From assembly GCF_001194135.2 (NCBI RefSeq), contig NC_068988.1, positions 4,349,249 to 4,413,248 of the forward strand: a stretch of 64,000 nucleotides of DNA, written 5' to 3'. Below are positions 38,910-52,615 of the stretch, piece after piece. The position numbers were made by a program, and so were the translations under genes. This DNA is from Octopus bimaculoides (lineage: Eukaryota). The notes under the pieces were generated by a model. The model made no database searches and was not told the origin of the DNA. It was given only the letters and a program-made list of their open reading frames with translations. How positions within the stretch are numbered: position 1 is the stretch's first letter; every line of letters begins with the position of its first letter.

Positions 38910-38910
<1 letters not shown>
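38750..38910 (+). mobile_element. RTE-tail repeat, degenerate
   Basis: GGGTGTTAAAAGGGGCATC...CTCCAACCCATGCCAGCAT. Confidence 0.65.
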
Positions 38911-39187
<277 letters not shown>

Positions 39188-39189
39188 AT

Positions 39190-39335
39190 TAGGCGTTAGA
39201 AAGGGCATCCAGCTGCAGAAACTCTGCCAAATCAGACTGGAGCCTGGTGTAGCCATCTGGTTTCACCAGTCCTCAGTCAAATCGTCCAACCCATGCTAGC
39301 ATGGAAAGCAGACGTTAAACAACGACGACAACGAT
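39190..39335 (+). mobile_element. RTE-tail repeat, young
   Basis: Near-identical to 185-330. Confidence 0.85.
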
Positions 39336-39373
39336 GTATATATATTCTTTTTGTGTGTGTTTGTATATATATA

Positions 39374-39405
<32 letters not shown>

Positions 39406-39999
39406 CAGAGAGAACGAGAGACAGAGTGCTGTAACTTACATTATTCTTCAGTGAGTGAGTATATAGTGGTACAATTTATTAAACGCACCTTGAAAATATG
39501 ACTGAATACCAAACCTCACATGTTTAACAACATTAATGTCAGCATAAATATGTGTGCACACTCTCTCCCTCTCTCTCTCTCTCCCCCTCTTTCACTCTTT
39601 CACTCTCTCTTTCTCTCCCTCTCTCCTTCTCTCTGTTCAGTCATCCGTGCATCTATTTACACACACTCACGCGCGTGTGTGTGTGTGTGTGTGTGTGTGT
39701 GGATATATGTTCATACCTGTGAGCAGTGAAAGCAATAGAAAGATGAAGATGGAGGGAAAGTAGGTTGGGTGGGGATGGTGGTGGTGTTGAAAAGGGTGGT
39801 GGTGGTGGTGGTGGTGGTGTAGAGTCCATAGCAATATTTATGAAATATATTCACAGATTAAAACATGGACTTTACATTACATAGATGAATAAACTCAGGA
39901 ATGAAAAGCCTGGTGAGTCAGTCGAGCAGCACCTTTCCCATGTTTCCCTGGGAAAACACATACACAAAAATACTGTTTAAAACCAAACTTGCAATAACG

Positions 40000-40530
40000 T
40001 ATCAACTACAAATACTAAGACGATGATGTCGACAACGACGGTGACCACCACCACCAACACCACCACCACCACCAACATTTCTACCATTTCAATTACAGCT
40101 TCTGCTGTTGATATCATACGACTAACCCCTCCCTCACCACTAACAAACTATCTCAATCATCCAATCTGGTCTGTAACTCATTCCTCATCTTTTAAACCGA
40201 TGCCTTATTTCTCAACAGAAGGGAAGTCCAGAACGGTTTTCGATCGATCTCTATTCAGCAATTCTTTTACCCAATAACGTTTTCCGATGACGCTCAGCTT
40301 ATATTTATGCTTCAGTACCATTTTATATAACTCAGCCCATTCAATAGGTTTTTGGCATTCTTCGAGATTGCTAATGTTAAGCATGTGGGAAATGTTGATT
40401 CATTATTTTCATTTTTATTCTTATCATGTTTTATTTTTGAGATTTTTCTATTTTTTTGTGATATGGGATGATGTTACTTCGATATTTGATGCTTTTGGCA
40501 AATCTCGACATGTGACTATTTTTCCAGCTA
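40000..40530. promoter_or_regulatory. CpG-enriched unique segment, possible 5' end or promoter
   Basis: Roughly 18 CpGs in 530 bp by eye, against a CpG-depleted background. No repeat family recognised. Confidence 0.3.
40271..40384 (-). CDS. Candidate first coding exon of unidentified host gene
   Basis: ATG at 40384, MLNISNLEECQKPIEWAELYKMVLKHKYKLSVIGKRYW, donor TGG|GTAAAA. Phase 0 matches 36711-36839. Confidence 0.3.
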
Positions 40531-40760
40531 AATAATATCGCATGAGAGGAGAAGAATAAAACAAAAGAAAGAAAGAGAAGGAAAACGGAAACTGGTAAAA
40601 AGTAAAAACTGTTTTGACACCACCATCCTTCCTTTCTTACACTAAATAGTGTCGGAATAATTTTATCCTACAATTATTTTTGATTGATCTAAGCAATGAA
40701 CAAATACATGAGGGACCAGTAATAGATAAATTATTATGCACTCATCCTTAGACACACACA

Positions 40761-40799
<39 letters not shown>

Positions 40800-41111
40800 A
40801 TGAATATGGATGTATATATATGTGTGAGTAAATACATATACCTTCATATACATATATATATACATACATACATGTATGTATATGTAGACATATATGTATG
40901 TATGTAAGTATGTATATATACACCTAGGGAGAGTGAGAGCAAGAGAGAATGACAGATAGATAAGTAAATAGATACACAAATAAATAAGAGGTACACAGAA
41001 TGGCTTACATGCATAATTACATAAACAACAGACACATGTATACATATATATTCATATATAGATATATACACACACATATATATATACATACATGTATACA
41101 TACATGTATAT

Positions 41112-41198
<87 letters not shown>

Positions 41199-41280
41199 TA
41201 TATAGATATATACATGTTCATATATACACACATACAAACCCATACACCACACACACACATATATATACACATATGTAAAT

Positions 41281-41480
41281 ATCATCTTCATCATCATCGT
41301 TTAACGTCCGCTTTTTTATGCTGGCATGGGTTGGGTGGTTTGACTGAGGACAGGCAAGCCAGAAGGCTGCACCAGACTCCAGTCAGATCTGGCTGAGTTT
41401 CTACAGCTGGATGCCCTTCCTAATGTCAGTCACTCTGAGAATATAGTGGGTGCTTTTTATGTGCCACCAGCATGGGGAGC
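41281..41480 (-). mobile_element. RTE-tail repeat
   Basis: CGTTTAACGTCCGC...CTACAGCTGGATGCCCTTCCTAATG. Confidence 0.8.
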
Positions 41481-41482
41481 CA

Positions 41483-41559
<77 letters not shown>

Positions 41560-41635
41560 TACACTAACAAACACAAAAACACATACATACACATATACAA
41601 ACAGTCACATGCATGCATAAATATATATATATGAT

Positions 41636-41775
41636 GTCATCATCTTCATCATCATTTAACATGCATTTTCCCTGTTGGCATGAGTTAGACGATTTGATAC
41701 ACTCTGATGAGCCACAGAGCTGCAGCAGGCTTCAGTGTTAGCTTTGACATGGTTTCTATGGTTGGATGTAGTCCT
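41636..41775 (-). mobile_element. RTE-tail repeat, degenerate
   Basis: (CAT)n-TTTAACATG...GGCATGAGTTAGACGATTTG...TTCTATGGTTGGATG. Confidence 0.6.
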
Positions 41776-42939
41776 AGGTTTGACTTTAAAATCTCATTCA
41801 GTTGTGGGGCCTTCGTTTTGGAGTTCAAAGTTTTCAGAAGTGTGGAGCCACCTCTTAACCACTACGACTCCCTCTGATCCAGAGTAGTGATCCAGAGTAG
41901 TGGCCATTGTCAGGGTTCCTGCTATGGGTTAATTAGAATGTTATGACTTGTCCACCTTTGCATGTGAAAACTAAAACCAGCAGATTCTGCGAAAGGAACC
42001 TTCACAGTTCAACAGAAGGGAAGGTAGTTGCAGCTGCACATGATGCAGTGCAGAGAGCAAGATAAGGCAAGTAAAATACGTTGGTCTCCAATAGCATCCA
42101 TCTTTATCCTTGGCTGTCCTTGATCTGGTCTTGCCGCTGGATTGAATATGGTCATGGATGAGAGAATGAGGTCGATGATGAGCAACTCTTTCTTAATGAT
42201 AACTATAGAGTCCCTGTTGCTCTGAAGATGAACATCTCTCTGTATGGCTTGATGCCCAGCTCAGTGCCAACTGCTTTGCAGTGTGTGCTGGGTGCTGTTT
42301 GTGTGATCTGGCACTAGGGAGCAGAGATGTATCTGGGAGACAGGGAGGTGGCTTAATACCAGGTGCTGAAGGTTGAAGCATGAAAGAGCGACAAGCACAG
42401 GTATCTTGCTATAGAAAGGAGACACGGTTTCTCGCCTTATGCAAAGGGTGGGTAAGAGCAGCTGGGACAGAGATAAAGATGGTTGTGACAAGAACAAGAA
42501 GATGAATGTAAGGAGAATACAGACTGTAGATCATGGGAAGGGAGAGGGTAGTGGGTACTTTCATAAGAGGGTGAAAGGAAAAATAACAGATGAGTAGAGA
42601 AGGGGCTAAAGGTGGGTGTAGTGAGTGATAAACAAGGGTGGGAGTGTGGTTGATGGTAAATATTTGCATGAAGAAGGAAGGTGAGAGAGCAGCAGTGACA
42701 TATATCTGTGGACAGATAGATAGATAGATGAAATGTAGATATTGAAAACAATGTCACATTATAAATTTGTGGGAAGTCTTGAATATTTTTACTGTTCCAC
42801 TTACAAATTATATTTGTGTTGTATGGCTTAGTTGGTTGGTTTCTTTTTCTGAAAACCCTAGCTTAGCCAAACTGTAAGTTAGGCATTGAGAGAGATTGCA
42901 GACAGACAAACAGATTGATGAATTTTGGAAGATGGGAAT

Positions 42940-43100
42940 TTGTCTATCGCATTGACCATGCTACTTGACCGTTATTTTATTTTATTGTGACAAAAGGATG
43001 AAAGGCAAAGTTGACCTTGGCACGATTTGAATTCAGGATCTAAAGAGTTGGAAGAAATGGCATCAAGTATTTTATCCAGCATGCTAATGATTCTGGAAAT
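42940..43100 (-). mobile_element. Meta-like SINE, degenerate
   Basis: AAAGGATGAAAGGCAAAGTTGACC...GATTTGAATTCAG. Confidence 0.65.
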
Positions 43101-43562
43101 CCTCTGTCCTTGAGCAATTTATAATAACGAATACTGAGAAATGAGTAGCAGCAGGTATAAGTTTATGGCAAAAGTCAGCCCCACAACCAATATCACCAAA
43201 ACGGTGGTGGCAGATTAGTGTAGTGATTAAAACAGATTATCATTGACTAGACTAATCATAGTCAAACTTATTGATATCCTCATAAAATATTTTAGCTTTA
43301 CAAGCTGTCATAAAATCTGAAAAAAGGAGACTTCATTTTTGTCTGCTATTTATTTTAGATATTTGTGTGGAAATTTTAGTTTGTTTCATATCATAAATAT
43401 AGATTGAATAAAAAGTTATGTGGATTTTTCTGTTAATTGTTGGTTTCATGTTTTTATGATGGATCTATACATGAAATAATTTATGTTAGAAGTCTATAGT
43501 AGTTATGTATATAGATGGAACTGTATAATTTATCAAATATTATGTATGAATAAGTATATATT

Positions 43563-43601
<39 letters not shown>

Positions 43602-43764
43602 TTCAAATTTTAAATTGAATTGCTAAAAAAGAAAATCTAAAATAATATATGTTTAAAATAATTAGTTTATTAAGCAAAAAGACTACTATAAAAAATACAG
43701 AGATATGTTGGAAAAAATGGATGTTTCAGATAGTGCAATTTATATAAGTGCACAGAAGTAATCA

Positions 43765-43815
<51 letters not shown>

Positions 43816-43823
43816 CATGCACG

Positions 43824-43859
<36 letters not shown>

Positions 43860-44559
43860 CATGCACACACACACACACACACACACACCTATACCATTCT
43901 TGTAGATTACTGCAATCATCCGATTGTAAGATATATCCGTATGTACATGTATATATGTGTGTTTATATGTACACACACTCACACGCATATACCTGTATAT
44001 ACAAACATAGTTCACAATCAGGTGATTACAGTAATCTACAAGAAGAAGGAATTGACTGTTTCAAATAATATTGAGCAGATTCACAATATTGTTTCCTAAC
44101 AACATGGACAGATGTTTCAACTTTTGTTTCTTCAAACCTAACTGGCCATACTTGCCCGCAGGGCGTATAAATGTTGTTAAAAGTTGGGGAGGAAGGAGAA
44201 GTATATGGAGAAGAAGAAATAAAAGTCATAGAGGAATGAGAAGAGAGAGTATGAGAGAAGAGAAGAGAAAGAATGTAGATAAGAATGGTAAAAAGGATGA
44301 AAGGAAAGTAAGAATGAAAAGCTCAGAGATAAGAAGGGGAAAAGGGTGGATGTATATCATTGCTTGCCTCTGCTGAAGGATGTCATGTCTGTTCATTTCC
44401 AGAACTTGACCTAAGTGATAAAGGAAGTCTGGGGAGAACTGAATTTCTCGGTTGCTCCATACTGGTCTCTTCTCTCACCTGCTTTTCTGCATTCTCCCCA
44501 TTTTCAGAGTAAAACTCTCACAAGTAGTTTCTAGTACAGCATATGGAATTACCCTGAAC

Positions 44560-44783
44560 CTTTTGACCCTGAGCCATCATCTGGATGCTGGACGAAATGC
44601 TGAGCAGTATTTTGCTGATCACTACGTTATGAGCTGAAATTCCAGAGGTCAATTTTGCTTTTCATCCTCTCGGGGTTGATAAATTAAGTACCAGTTATGC
44701 ACTGAGGTTGATATAATAGACTTAATCCCTTCCCCGAAATTTAAAGCCTTGTACTGCCAGCAAAAAGGATCATTATTATTATT

Positions 44784-44824
<41 letters not shown>

Positions 44825-45025
44825 TAGTGTGCTGGGTAAAATGCTTAGCAGCCTTTCGTCCTACCTTACATTCTAAGTTCAAATTTTGCCAAGGTTGAAT
44901 TTGCCTTTCATCCTTTCAGGGTTGATAAAGTAAGTACCAATTGAGTACTGGGGTTGATGTAGTCGATTTATCCCCTCCTCCAAATTTTAGGCCTTGTTCT
45001 CATAGTAGAAAGGATTATTATTATA
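44560..45025 (+). mobile_element. Two tandem Meta-like tRNA SINEs separated by (TAT)/(CAT)n
   Basis: 44560-44775 and 44822-45025 each contain GC.TTTCATCCT.TC.GGGTTGATAAA.TAAGTACC and a GAAAGGATTATT-like tail. Confidence 0.8.
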
Positions 45026-45029
45026 AGTA

Positions 45030-45372
45030 GTAAGAAAAAGAAGAAGAAAGACTGAGCAACTATGATAATTTGAAGTGGGAGATATGCAGGTTGTGGGCAA
45101 TGAAGAGAGTGGATATAATATTGGTAATGATGGGCATGTTTGAAAGTATCAGTGTTCAAATACCAGCATGGCTCAAAAAGATTGGTACAAATGTAAAGAT
45201 AGAACACCTACAAAAATCATCATTGCTTGGAACTGCAAAAGTTCTCCACAGAGTTCTTGAAGCATGACCAGTAAACAAGTGTCACTTTAGTCTGCTGGCT
45301 GTGGACAGCTGACACTTTCCACCATAGCCAGCAAAATAAGCTGAGAGTTTTCATATATTAATAATGATGATG
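45030..45372 (+). mobile_element. 3' end of an R4/Dong-clade non-LTR retrotransposon (restriction-like endonuclease C-terminus plus 3'UTR)
   Basis: EEERLSNYDNLKWEICRLWAMKRVDIILV...IPAWLKKIG...LQKSSLLGTAKVLHRVLEA* (stop at 45267). The 3' end runs into TAATAATGATGATG. Confidence 0.8.
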
Positions 45373-46064
45373 TCACTGTTGATTAAAATGGTATTAGGTG
45401 AATAAAAAGATATTTGAATTAAAATTAGGAATCTAATATTGTAATTAAAAAATAGTATCAATGAATAATATTAAATATTTAGCACTGGAGTAGGGTGAAA
45501 ATGGGGAGGCTTTTTTTTAACATGTGTTACTATGTGTCCTACAAGACAGTAGCAAATGATGAGGTGTTGGGAGAACACTGAAGGTTAACTTGCAAAGGTG
45601 CAAGGCTTGCTAAGCAGATCAAGGGAGATACATGAAGAAACATTGGAAGAATCAATGTCAAAATCAATTTATTAAGGAATTATGGCAAAGGATATGTCAT
45701 ATGCACTAAAGCCATTATGGTGTTTAAGAATGTTGATAAATGACTAAAACTTATTTAAATGTATATATTCATTAAAGGCCAAGAACTATTAATGAAGGTT
45801 GAGAAATAATTATTCAGAATTTTATGAAAATTAGTAAAAGTTGATTGATTTGTGCAGTGTAAGGAAGAGGGATATTGGATGGATGATGAAACTAGAACAA
45901 CATAGGGCTTAGGGTATGTGGCTGGAATGAGGATGGAAGATGGGTCTGGACAGTCCATGATTGAAGGTTAAGGGTATACAGGGAAAAAAATGGAGTGGAG
46001 AAATAGGGTAGGAAGGGTGGGAGATAATGTCAATAATAATTATAATAACGATAATAACAATGAT

Positions 46065-46330
46065 TTCAAATTTTGGCACTGAACTAGTAAATACGGGGAG
46101 GAGGGGTAAATCGATTGCATCGACCCCAGTGTTCAACTGGTACTTATTTTATCGACTCACGAAAGGATGAAAGATGAAGTTGACCTCACCAGAATGATGA
46201 AATACCACTAAGCATTTTGCTCAGTCTGTTAACAATTCTGCTAGTTCACTACCCTACTCTTTTACTTATTTCAGTGATTTGACTGCGGCCATGCTGGAGC
46301 ACCGCCTTTAGTTGAGTAAATCGACCCCAG
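46065..46330 (-). mobile_element. Meta-like SINE (46065-46255) abutting a CORE-SINE tail (46255-46330)
   Basis: AACTGGTACTTATTTTATCGAC...AAAGGATGAAAG, then TTGACTGCGGCCATGCTGGAGCACCGCC. Confidence 0.75.
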
Positions 46331-46569
46331 CCAACTTGTACAAATGCAAAGCAAAAGTCAAACACAAAATAATGATAATAATAATAATCTTTTCTGTATT
46401 GGCCACAGGGGCTCAAAGAGATACAATAAAATACAATGTAGACTGGACAGAGATATGTGTGAGGTGGGACAGGTAATTTATATAATGATAAGGGACAAGG
46501 TTAGAAGATATATGAGTAAGATATCTAATCCTGCTTTGTACCTATTCCTACTGGAAAGGGCTTTGAAAG

Positions 46570-47520
46570 CCTGTCACTGGATCTGATTTGGTCATGTAAC
46601 TTGATGACAATGTTGAAGAATTTTAGGGGACATACTAGTTGTTCCATAATTTTCCACAGACTTCTTTCTTGCAGAGTTCAATGTTTTGTTAAGATCTGCA
46701 AAGTCATATAGAATCATCTTGTTCTGAACCTGACAATTCTTTTGGAGCCCCTGAAAACAAATATCATATCAGTAGTACCCCTATTTGCTCTGAATTCGCA
46801 TTAATTCTGAATTCACAATAATCAGTCTGCTTCAAAGTGTAACTGACAAGAAATTTTCCAGCAATAATATTTGTTATTTCCCAGTAGATGGAGGAGTCAG
46901 AGTTTTCTCCCTTGCTCCACATAAACAGTGATGATTATTGCAGAGGTTACAGAGGGTTACAAAGGGTGCATGGTATCTTGCCTTGTTCCCAACAAAACAA
47001 AGAATTCATGAAATTTAGAGTGCAATGTTGAATCACCATTCTTCCAAATCTCTGGTGGATTCCACCAACTCCCATTGTCTTTCCACTTTTCAGATGTCTC
47101 AATGACTTTAACAGTCTTTTCCATTGTTTGAATCTTGTCTAAGTTCTGTTTTCAGTGCTTATAATGGGAGGAATTGTTGCATCATTGACTCAAATGTGGG
47201 TGAGTTGAGGAGAGTCTGGAATTTCTCTGATGAGCATTTCAGGTCTGATGTCTTTTCTATGAACAGTGTCTGTCTGTCTCTACTGCTCAAGGGACTCTGA
47301 ACTAGGTGTGAAGAGGCTACCAACTGCCTCCTGGGTCTCATAAAACCACCACTAAGTACTGTTCTCAAAACAAAACTATTGGTCCACCACACATTCTTCA
47401 CACCCCAAAACCTCTGCTGATGTTTGCTGCACGGAGTAAGAGGTTTCTTTCGTATCAGGACAAAATACCTGAGCAAAGTGAGTCTGATAGGTGGATCTCT
47501 TCTAGGTGTTCTCATCCAGC
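46570..47520 (-). pseudogene. BovB-like RTE LINE ORF2 fragment (linker plus RT N-terminal half)
   Basis: VQSPLSSRDRQTLFIEK, PPEIWKNGDSTLHSKFHEFF, LVCPLKFFNIVIKLHDQIR. Many stops and frameshifts. Confidence 0.8.
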
Positions 47521-48339
47521 AAAACCCTCTAGTGTCCCTTAGTCCATCTTTACATCTTATCCATTAAACTGTTACAGAATGGAGGACTATTTCTTGTGCA
47601 GACAGAAGTGCATGGCAAGTGGCAACACTGTGAGAGACTTTCCAACCAATGGGTAGCATGGAAAACAGATGTAAAATGGTGATGATGTCAATGATGACGA
47701 TGACAATGATGATGACGACGATGATGACATTAAATGAGAACACACAAATATAGATAAGGGAAAATAATGCAATCTTTCTGTTGACTCTGCCATTGCAATT
47801 TTTTCTGTTTTATTTGCAATGAAAATTGCATGTTTTTTTCATGCAAACAATAGACGTAAATAAATCACACAGAAATACACACACACAGACACATGCACAC
47901 CCATGCACACATGTATATATGCCAACTGTGTGCATGTTGGTGATTGTAATGTAAAAAAGACATTAACTAACAAGTGAAATGGGAATTTTACATTAAGTGT
48001 CACCTGGCTTCCTCACTTTTCACCTCCTTAGCGTTTGTTCACGTATATTCCCAATATACGCCTGCATTCTTTAAAAAAGTTTTACCTAATAAATTGATTG
48101 TGTATTTGTGTGTAAGTGGATTTTTTGAAATTTTGTTTGTCAATAGAATTGAATCAAATCAAGAGATTTGTTGAAAAGTGATTGAGAAAAATATGGGTTA
48201 GGGTCGCACACATACACTTAAGTTGTTTTTTTTTTCTTTTATTATTGGATTAAAATATAAATTGGGAGAAAGCAAAAAGAACTTTTATAAATCAGTAAAA
48301 ACAAATTGTAAATGTTGCAACTTTGGTAAAAATTAAACC

Positions 48340-48560
48340 AAAAATGAAATATGTGAGACATGGCCCTCCAGCTGATCTTGGAGAGGAATCAATCTGACAT
48401 GGACACATAATATGATAGTAATGATGATGATGATAATAGTGATATTGTCATCATCATCATCATCATCAGTGATTTAACATCATTTTTTTCATGCTTTCAT
48501 GCAATCAGGCAAAATTTTTTGAGGCAGTTTCTCTACACTTGGTACCTTTCCTGTCACTTC
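48340..48560. mobile_element. Two degenerate RTE-tail repeats tail to tail around (GAT)/(CAT)n
   Basis: Plus: ...CATGGACACATAATATGATAG(GAT)n. Minus: (CAT)n...TTTAACATC. Confidence 0.5.
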
Positions 48561-48568
48561 ACTATTAA

Positions 48569-48617
<49 letters not shown>

Positions 48618-49186
48618 GACTCACAAACGCATACACACACATATTACTGTATACTATACATGTGTGTGCGTATATATATATATATATATATACATACACA
48701 CACACATGCACGCATGCACACACACATGCATATAAATACAACATCATCATTAAAAGAAGTTTTAATCGAAACATTATTGCTAGTTTTAGTCACTGTTACT
48801 TATACCCCCTTCTGAAGTCCCCCCCCCCTCCATTCCCAGCAGTGAGTAATACTGCTGTTGATACTCCTCAGATCACAAGTCATGTGATCTCTTTTTAGGC
48901 TCCACAAAAGTTGTAAGCAATCTGTTCTATATCTAATAAAAGGTTTGCTCTGAAAACGAAATAAGGATCAGCCAGTTATACCATTTACAGGGTACTTGAT
49001 ATATAATGCAACCTGTGGCCTCTTATGGACTTTCTAAATCTTATTGAAATGGTGGTTATCATAATTCTGTTTGTACAATTATTTATCTTATCCTCGTCTT
49101 GTTAACCTTGGTTCCAACAAAAAAGTATTTGTAGTTGGTTTGCAAGATTCTTCATGTGAATTTGTGAGTTGAAACAATCTTGTTGC

Positions 49187-49524
49187 GTCTTGGGAGGGTC
49201 ATTATGCCAATAATAATAAACACACACACTGGTTCAACATCACTTCTTTATTATCAGTCAATCAGTTAAATATCTAATCAAAAAATTTAATGGTCATTAG
49301 TTTAATATGCTGGTTAAAGAATCAATGGGTTTGTTTGTCAAAGTCCTTTCATTGCTATTCACAACCTCATCAATTACATGCCCTCTCTCTTCAAAGGTCT
49401 GCCTTAAGGCTGCCTGATTAGTTGGTTAGTTGGTTAGATATTTAACTGATTGATCAATAACAAAGAAGTGATAATGAACCAGTGCATGAGTTTATTATTA
49501 TTGGTGCAATGACCCTTCCAAGAC
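49187..49524. mobile_element. MITE-like/foldback element with ~90-bp inverted arms
   Basis: 49187-49277 is the reverse complement of 49434-49524 (GTCTTGG.AGGGTCATT...CAATCAGTTAAATATCTAA). No clear target-site duplication. Confidence 0.7.
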
Positions 49525-50314
49525 ACAACATAATTTTTACAGAAGATTAAGTAAATTCCAATATTTCTATAAGTTAGGTTATCTACTGGGCAGCTTCAGG
49601 ACAAGAAATAGTGTTTTTGTTGTGTAAGCTCCAAGGTGTTTGGAATATAAAATAAGGATGAAAAAATTAGGTTATGGTTACATCAAGAGGTTGAAAAATG
49701 AAAATCTTTCCAGATTTGAAAATTGGTTGAAGAACAAGAGAAAGATTGTCTGGTTTTTTATTCTGTGAAGACAGTCCACCTTTTTTTTTTTTTTTCAGCT
49801 ATTTTTCTTTTTTTTTTTTTAGATTTGTTATATTTCATTTGTTTTCGGAGATTTCCACATTTCAGAGATGTTGAGCAGGAAAACATGCTTACTTGGCTTT
49901 TTACTTTCACTTCAGCCTCATCCTGCCCCATCACCTCTATTTTATCTGCAATTATTTCAAAACACCAATCATTTACACTTAACTTCCAAACATAAGACAG
50001 ATGTCTTTGATAACCATGTTGTGATGCCAGACATTTGAAGGAATTCCAGATTCCATTTCTTAGATATGAAAACATTTCCTCAACAACTTTGAAATAACAA
50101 GAAACAATAATAATAATAATAATAATAATAATGATAATAATGATGATAATAATAAGAATAATAATCAAAGAAAATCTTTTCATAATAATAATAATAAAGG
50201 ATTCTAGCCAGAAGTTAGAAATTTCAAGCAACATTTATAATTACACACACACACACACACACATACATATAACATATAGCCACATTTATAAAGACAGAGA
50301 AACATAGATACATG

Positions 50315-50364
<50 letters not shown>

Positions 50365-51192
50365 CTCATATATATATATACATATATATATACACATACG
50401 TTTATATGCATATGCGTAATTGCATATGTATATATATATAGAGAGAGAGAGAGAAACTGAGAGAGAGAAGGAGAAAGAGAGATAAATATATAGATACATA
50501 TACACACACACATATATGGGTGTATATAGATGTGCATATATGTGTGTATATTTGTATTTGTATATATGTGTGTGTATATTATATGTACATATGTGTGTGT
50601 GTGTATGATAAAAACATACAGACATATAACATCCATCCATCCATCCATCCATCCATCCATGCATACTGACTGACTGACTGCTGCTGTTGCTCCTCCTCCT
50701 CCTCCTCCTCCTCCTCATTATTCTATCCTTATATTTTCCATTAGAAATATTTTTTTGACATGAAGCAATGAACATTAAGTAGAATAACACGGTAACTGGT
50801 GGAAAGGAACTGAGACAAGCCAGCGCTATTCCTCACCAAATAAACAATAATCCTCAGAACGAGGAAAAATAAGAGTTCAAAGAAATGAGAAGTGAAAATA
50901 AATATGGAGCTAGCCGAAAAATGTTGGTGCTGCTAATAAATTAGTTTTTAAGACCTGACAACCTAGACTTGGTTCAGTTGTTTACTCTGGCTTGAGGAAA
51001 GTCTGAGGTTAAAACAACAACAACATCAAGCAGGTATTTTGAATTTTCTCTTTGACTTTGCACTTTTCATTTTACTTTCATTTTTCTCATTTCTGGAATA
51101 GTTTGCCTATCGTTAGCACAGTGGTTCCCCAACTGTGGTTCCCAACTCTTATTTAAATGAGCTTTCCCAGGGACTCCTTTTAATATGCTTAT

Positions 51193-51220
<28 letters not shown>

Positions 51221-51230
<10 letters not shown>

Positions 51231-51726
51231 ATTTACTTTTCATAATGAGATAAATAAACCAAGGCTGTGTATATTTATAAATAGGTCTTACAGCTGTTTC
51301 CAGGATATTTATTATATCCCTTCATCAGAGATGGTGTGAGAGGATGGTTAAGCAATAGTTAGTTTAGATAAGATAGGAAATAGAGAGTGAATGTAGGGAT
51401 ATTGTATTTGTAAATCCATTGTTTAGGCAGAATGGTATACATATAAGATTCCAGTACCTTGTGAGTAAAATCCAATAGTCAAGGTATTGGAATCTAATAT
51501 GTATACCATTCTGCCTAAATAATGGATTTACAAATACAATATCCCTGCATTCACTCTCTATTTCCTATCTTACCCAAATTAACTATTTCTTAACCATCCT
51601 CCCACACCATCTCCAATGAACAGATATAATGAATATCCTGGAAACAACTGTAAGACCTATTTATAAATGTTCTATACACTGCCTTGGTTTTTTTTTTATC
51701 TCATAACGAAAAGTAAATCCTTATAT
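51221..51726. mobile_element. ~500-bp palindrome of PLE-type pLTR sequence with an HHR in each arm
   Basis: 51221-51461 is the reverse complement of 51480-51726, with an 18-nt spacer. Confidence 0.85.
51284..51333 (-). ncRNA. Minimal type I hammerhead ribozyme, near-intact
   Basis: TCT-CTGATGA-A-GGGATAT-aataa-ATATCCT-G-GAAA-CAGCTG-TA-AGA. Palindromic stem III ACAGCTGT, GUA triplet. An extra A/G pair sits at the base of stem II. Confidence 0.7.
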
Positions 51727-51957
51727 TCACACACTGATATATGACCTACGTTGGACCCCTTATTCACATAATCATCGAACCTGGAGCTTGACTGTGGTCT
51801 ATTCTTAGCACTTACTTAGCATTACCTGAAACCTCTGGGTCTAATTGACACCTTTACCGCTCATAACCTCCTATATATATAGAAACCATGTCAAAGGAGA
51901 AAGTGGACCAGTTCTTGAACCTGCAAGATCTTGTCAAACCGACCAACTGACACTAAC

Positions 51958-51978
51958 CTGATGATGATGATGATGATA

Positions 51979-52050
<72 letters not shown>
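51958..52050. repeat. (GAT)n microsatellite
   Basis: About 30 units. Confidence 0.95.
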
Positions 52051-52346
52051 CCGCCGTCCCCGATGATCTTGTTGTTGTTGATGATGATAATGATGAGATC
52101 AGTATACCACCCAAGTAGCTAATCATGAACAGACACCCAACATTTGTTTGCAAACTTCTACAGAATCCATCTTAACAATTCTACCAACGACTCATGATTT
52201 TGAAACCAAGATCAAAGGTTTAGACACTTCTTACCTGCCAATAACCACAACACTTGCACCACAAACATAACATCTCTCTCTACACACACTGAATATTATA
52301 TATGTATGTATACGTATATGTATACACACACACACACACACACACA

Positions 52347-52387
<41 letters not shown>

Positions 52388-52463
52388 TCATCATCATCGT
52401 TTAACGTCCGCTTTCCATGCTAGCATATATATATATATAATCACTACACTTGTACACACATAG

Positions 52464-52504
<41 letters not shown>

Positions 52505-52564
52505 TATACATATACATATACCTATGTATATGTGCATATATATAAATATAGCTGTATACAAATG

Positions 52565-52615
<51 letters not shown>

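Noticed and set aside
41850-42730. Possible degraded LINE endonuclease or PLE 3'UTR on the minus strand
   Set aside because: Only fragmentary motifs (IIDLILSS, WASSHTE). The family could not be supported.
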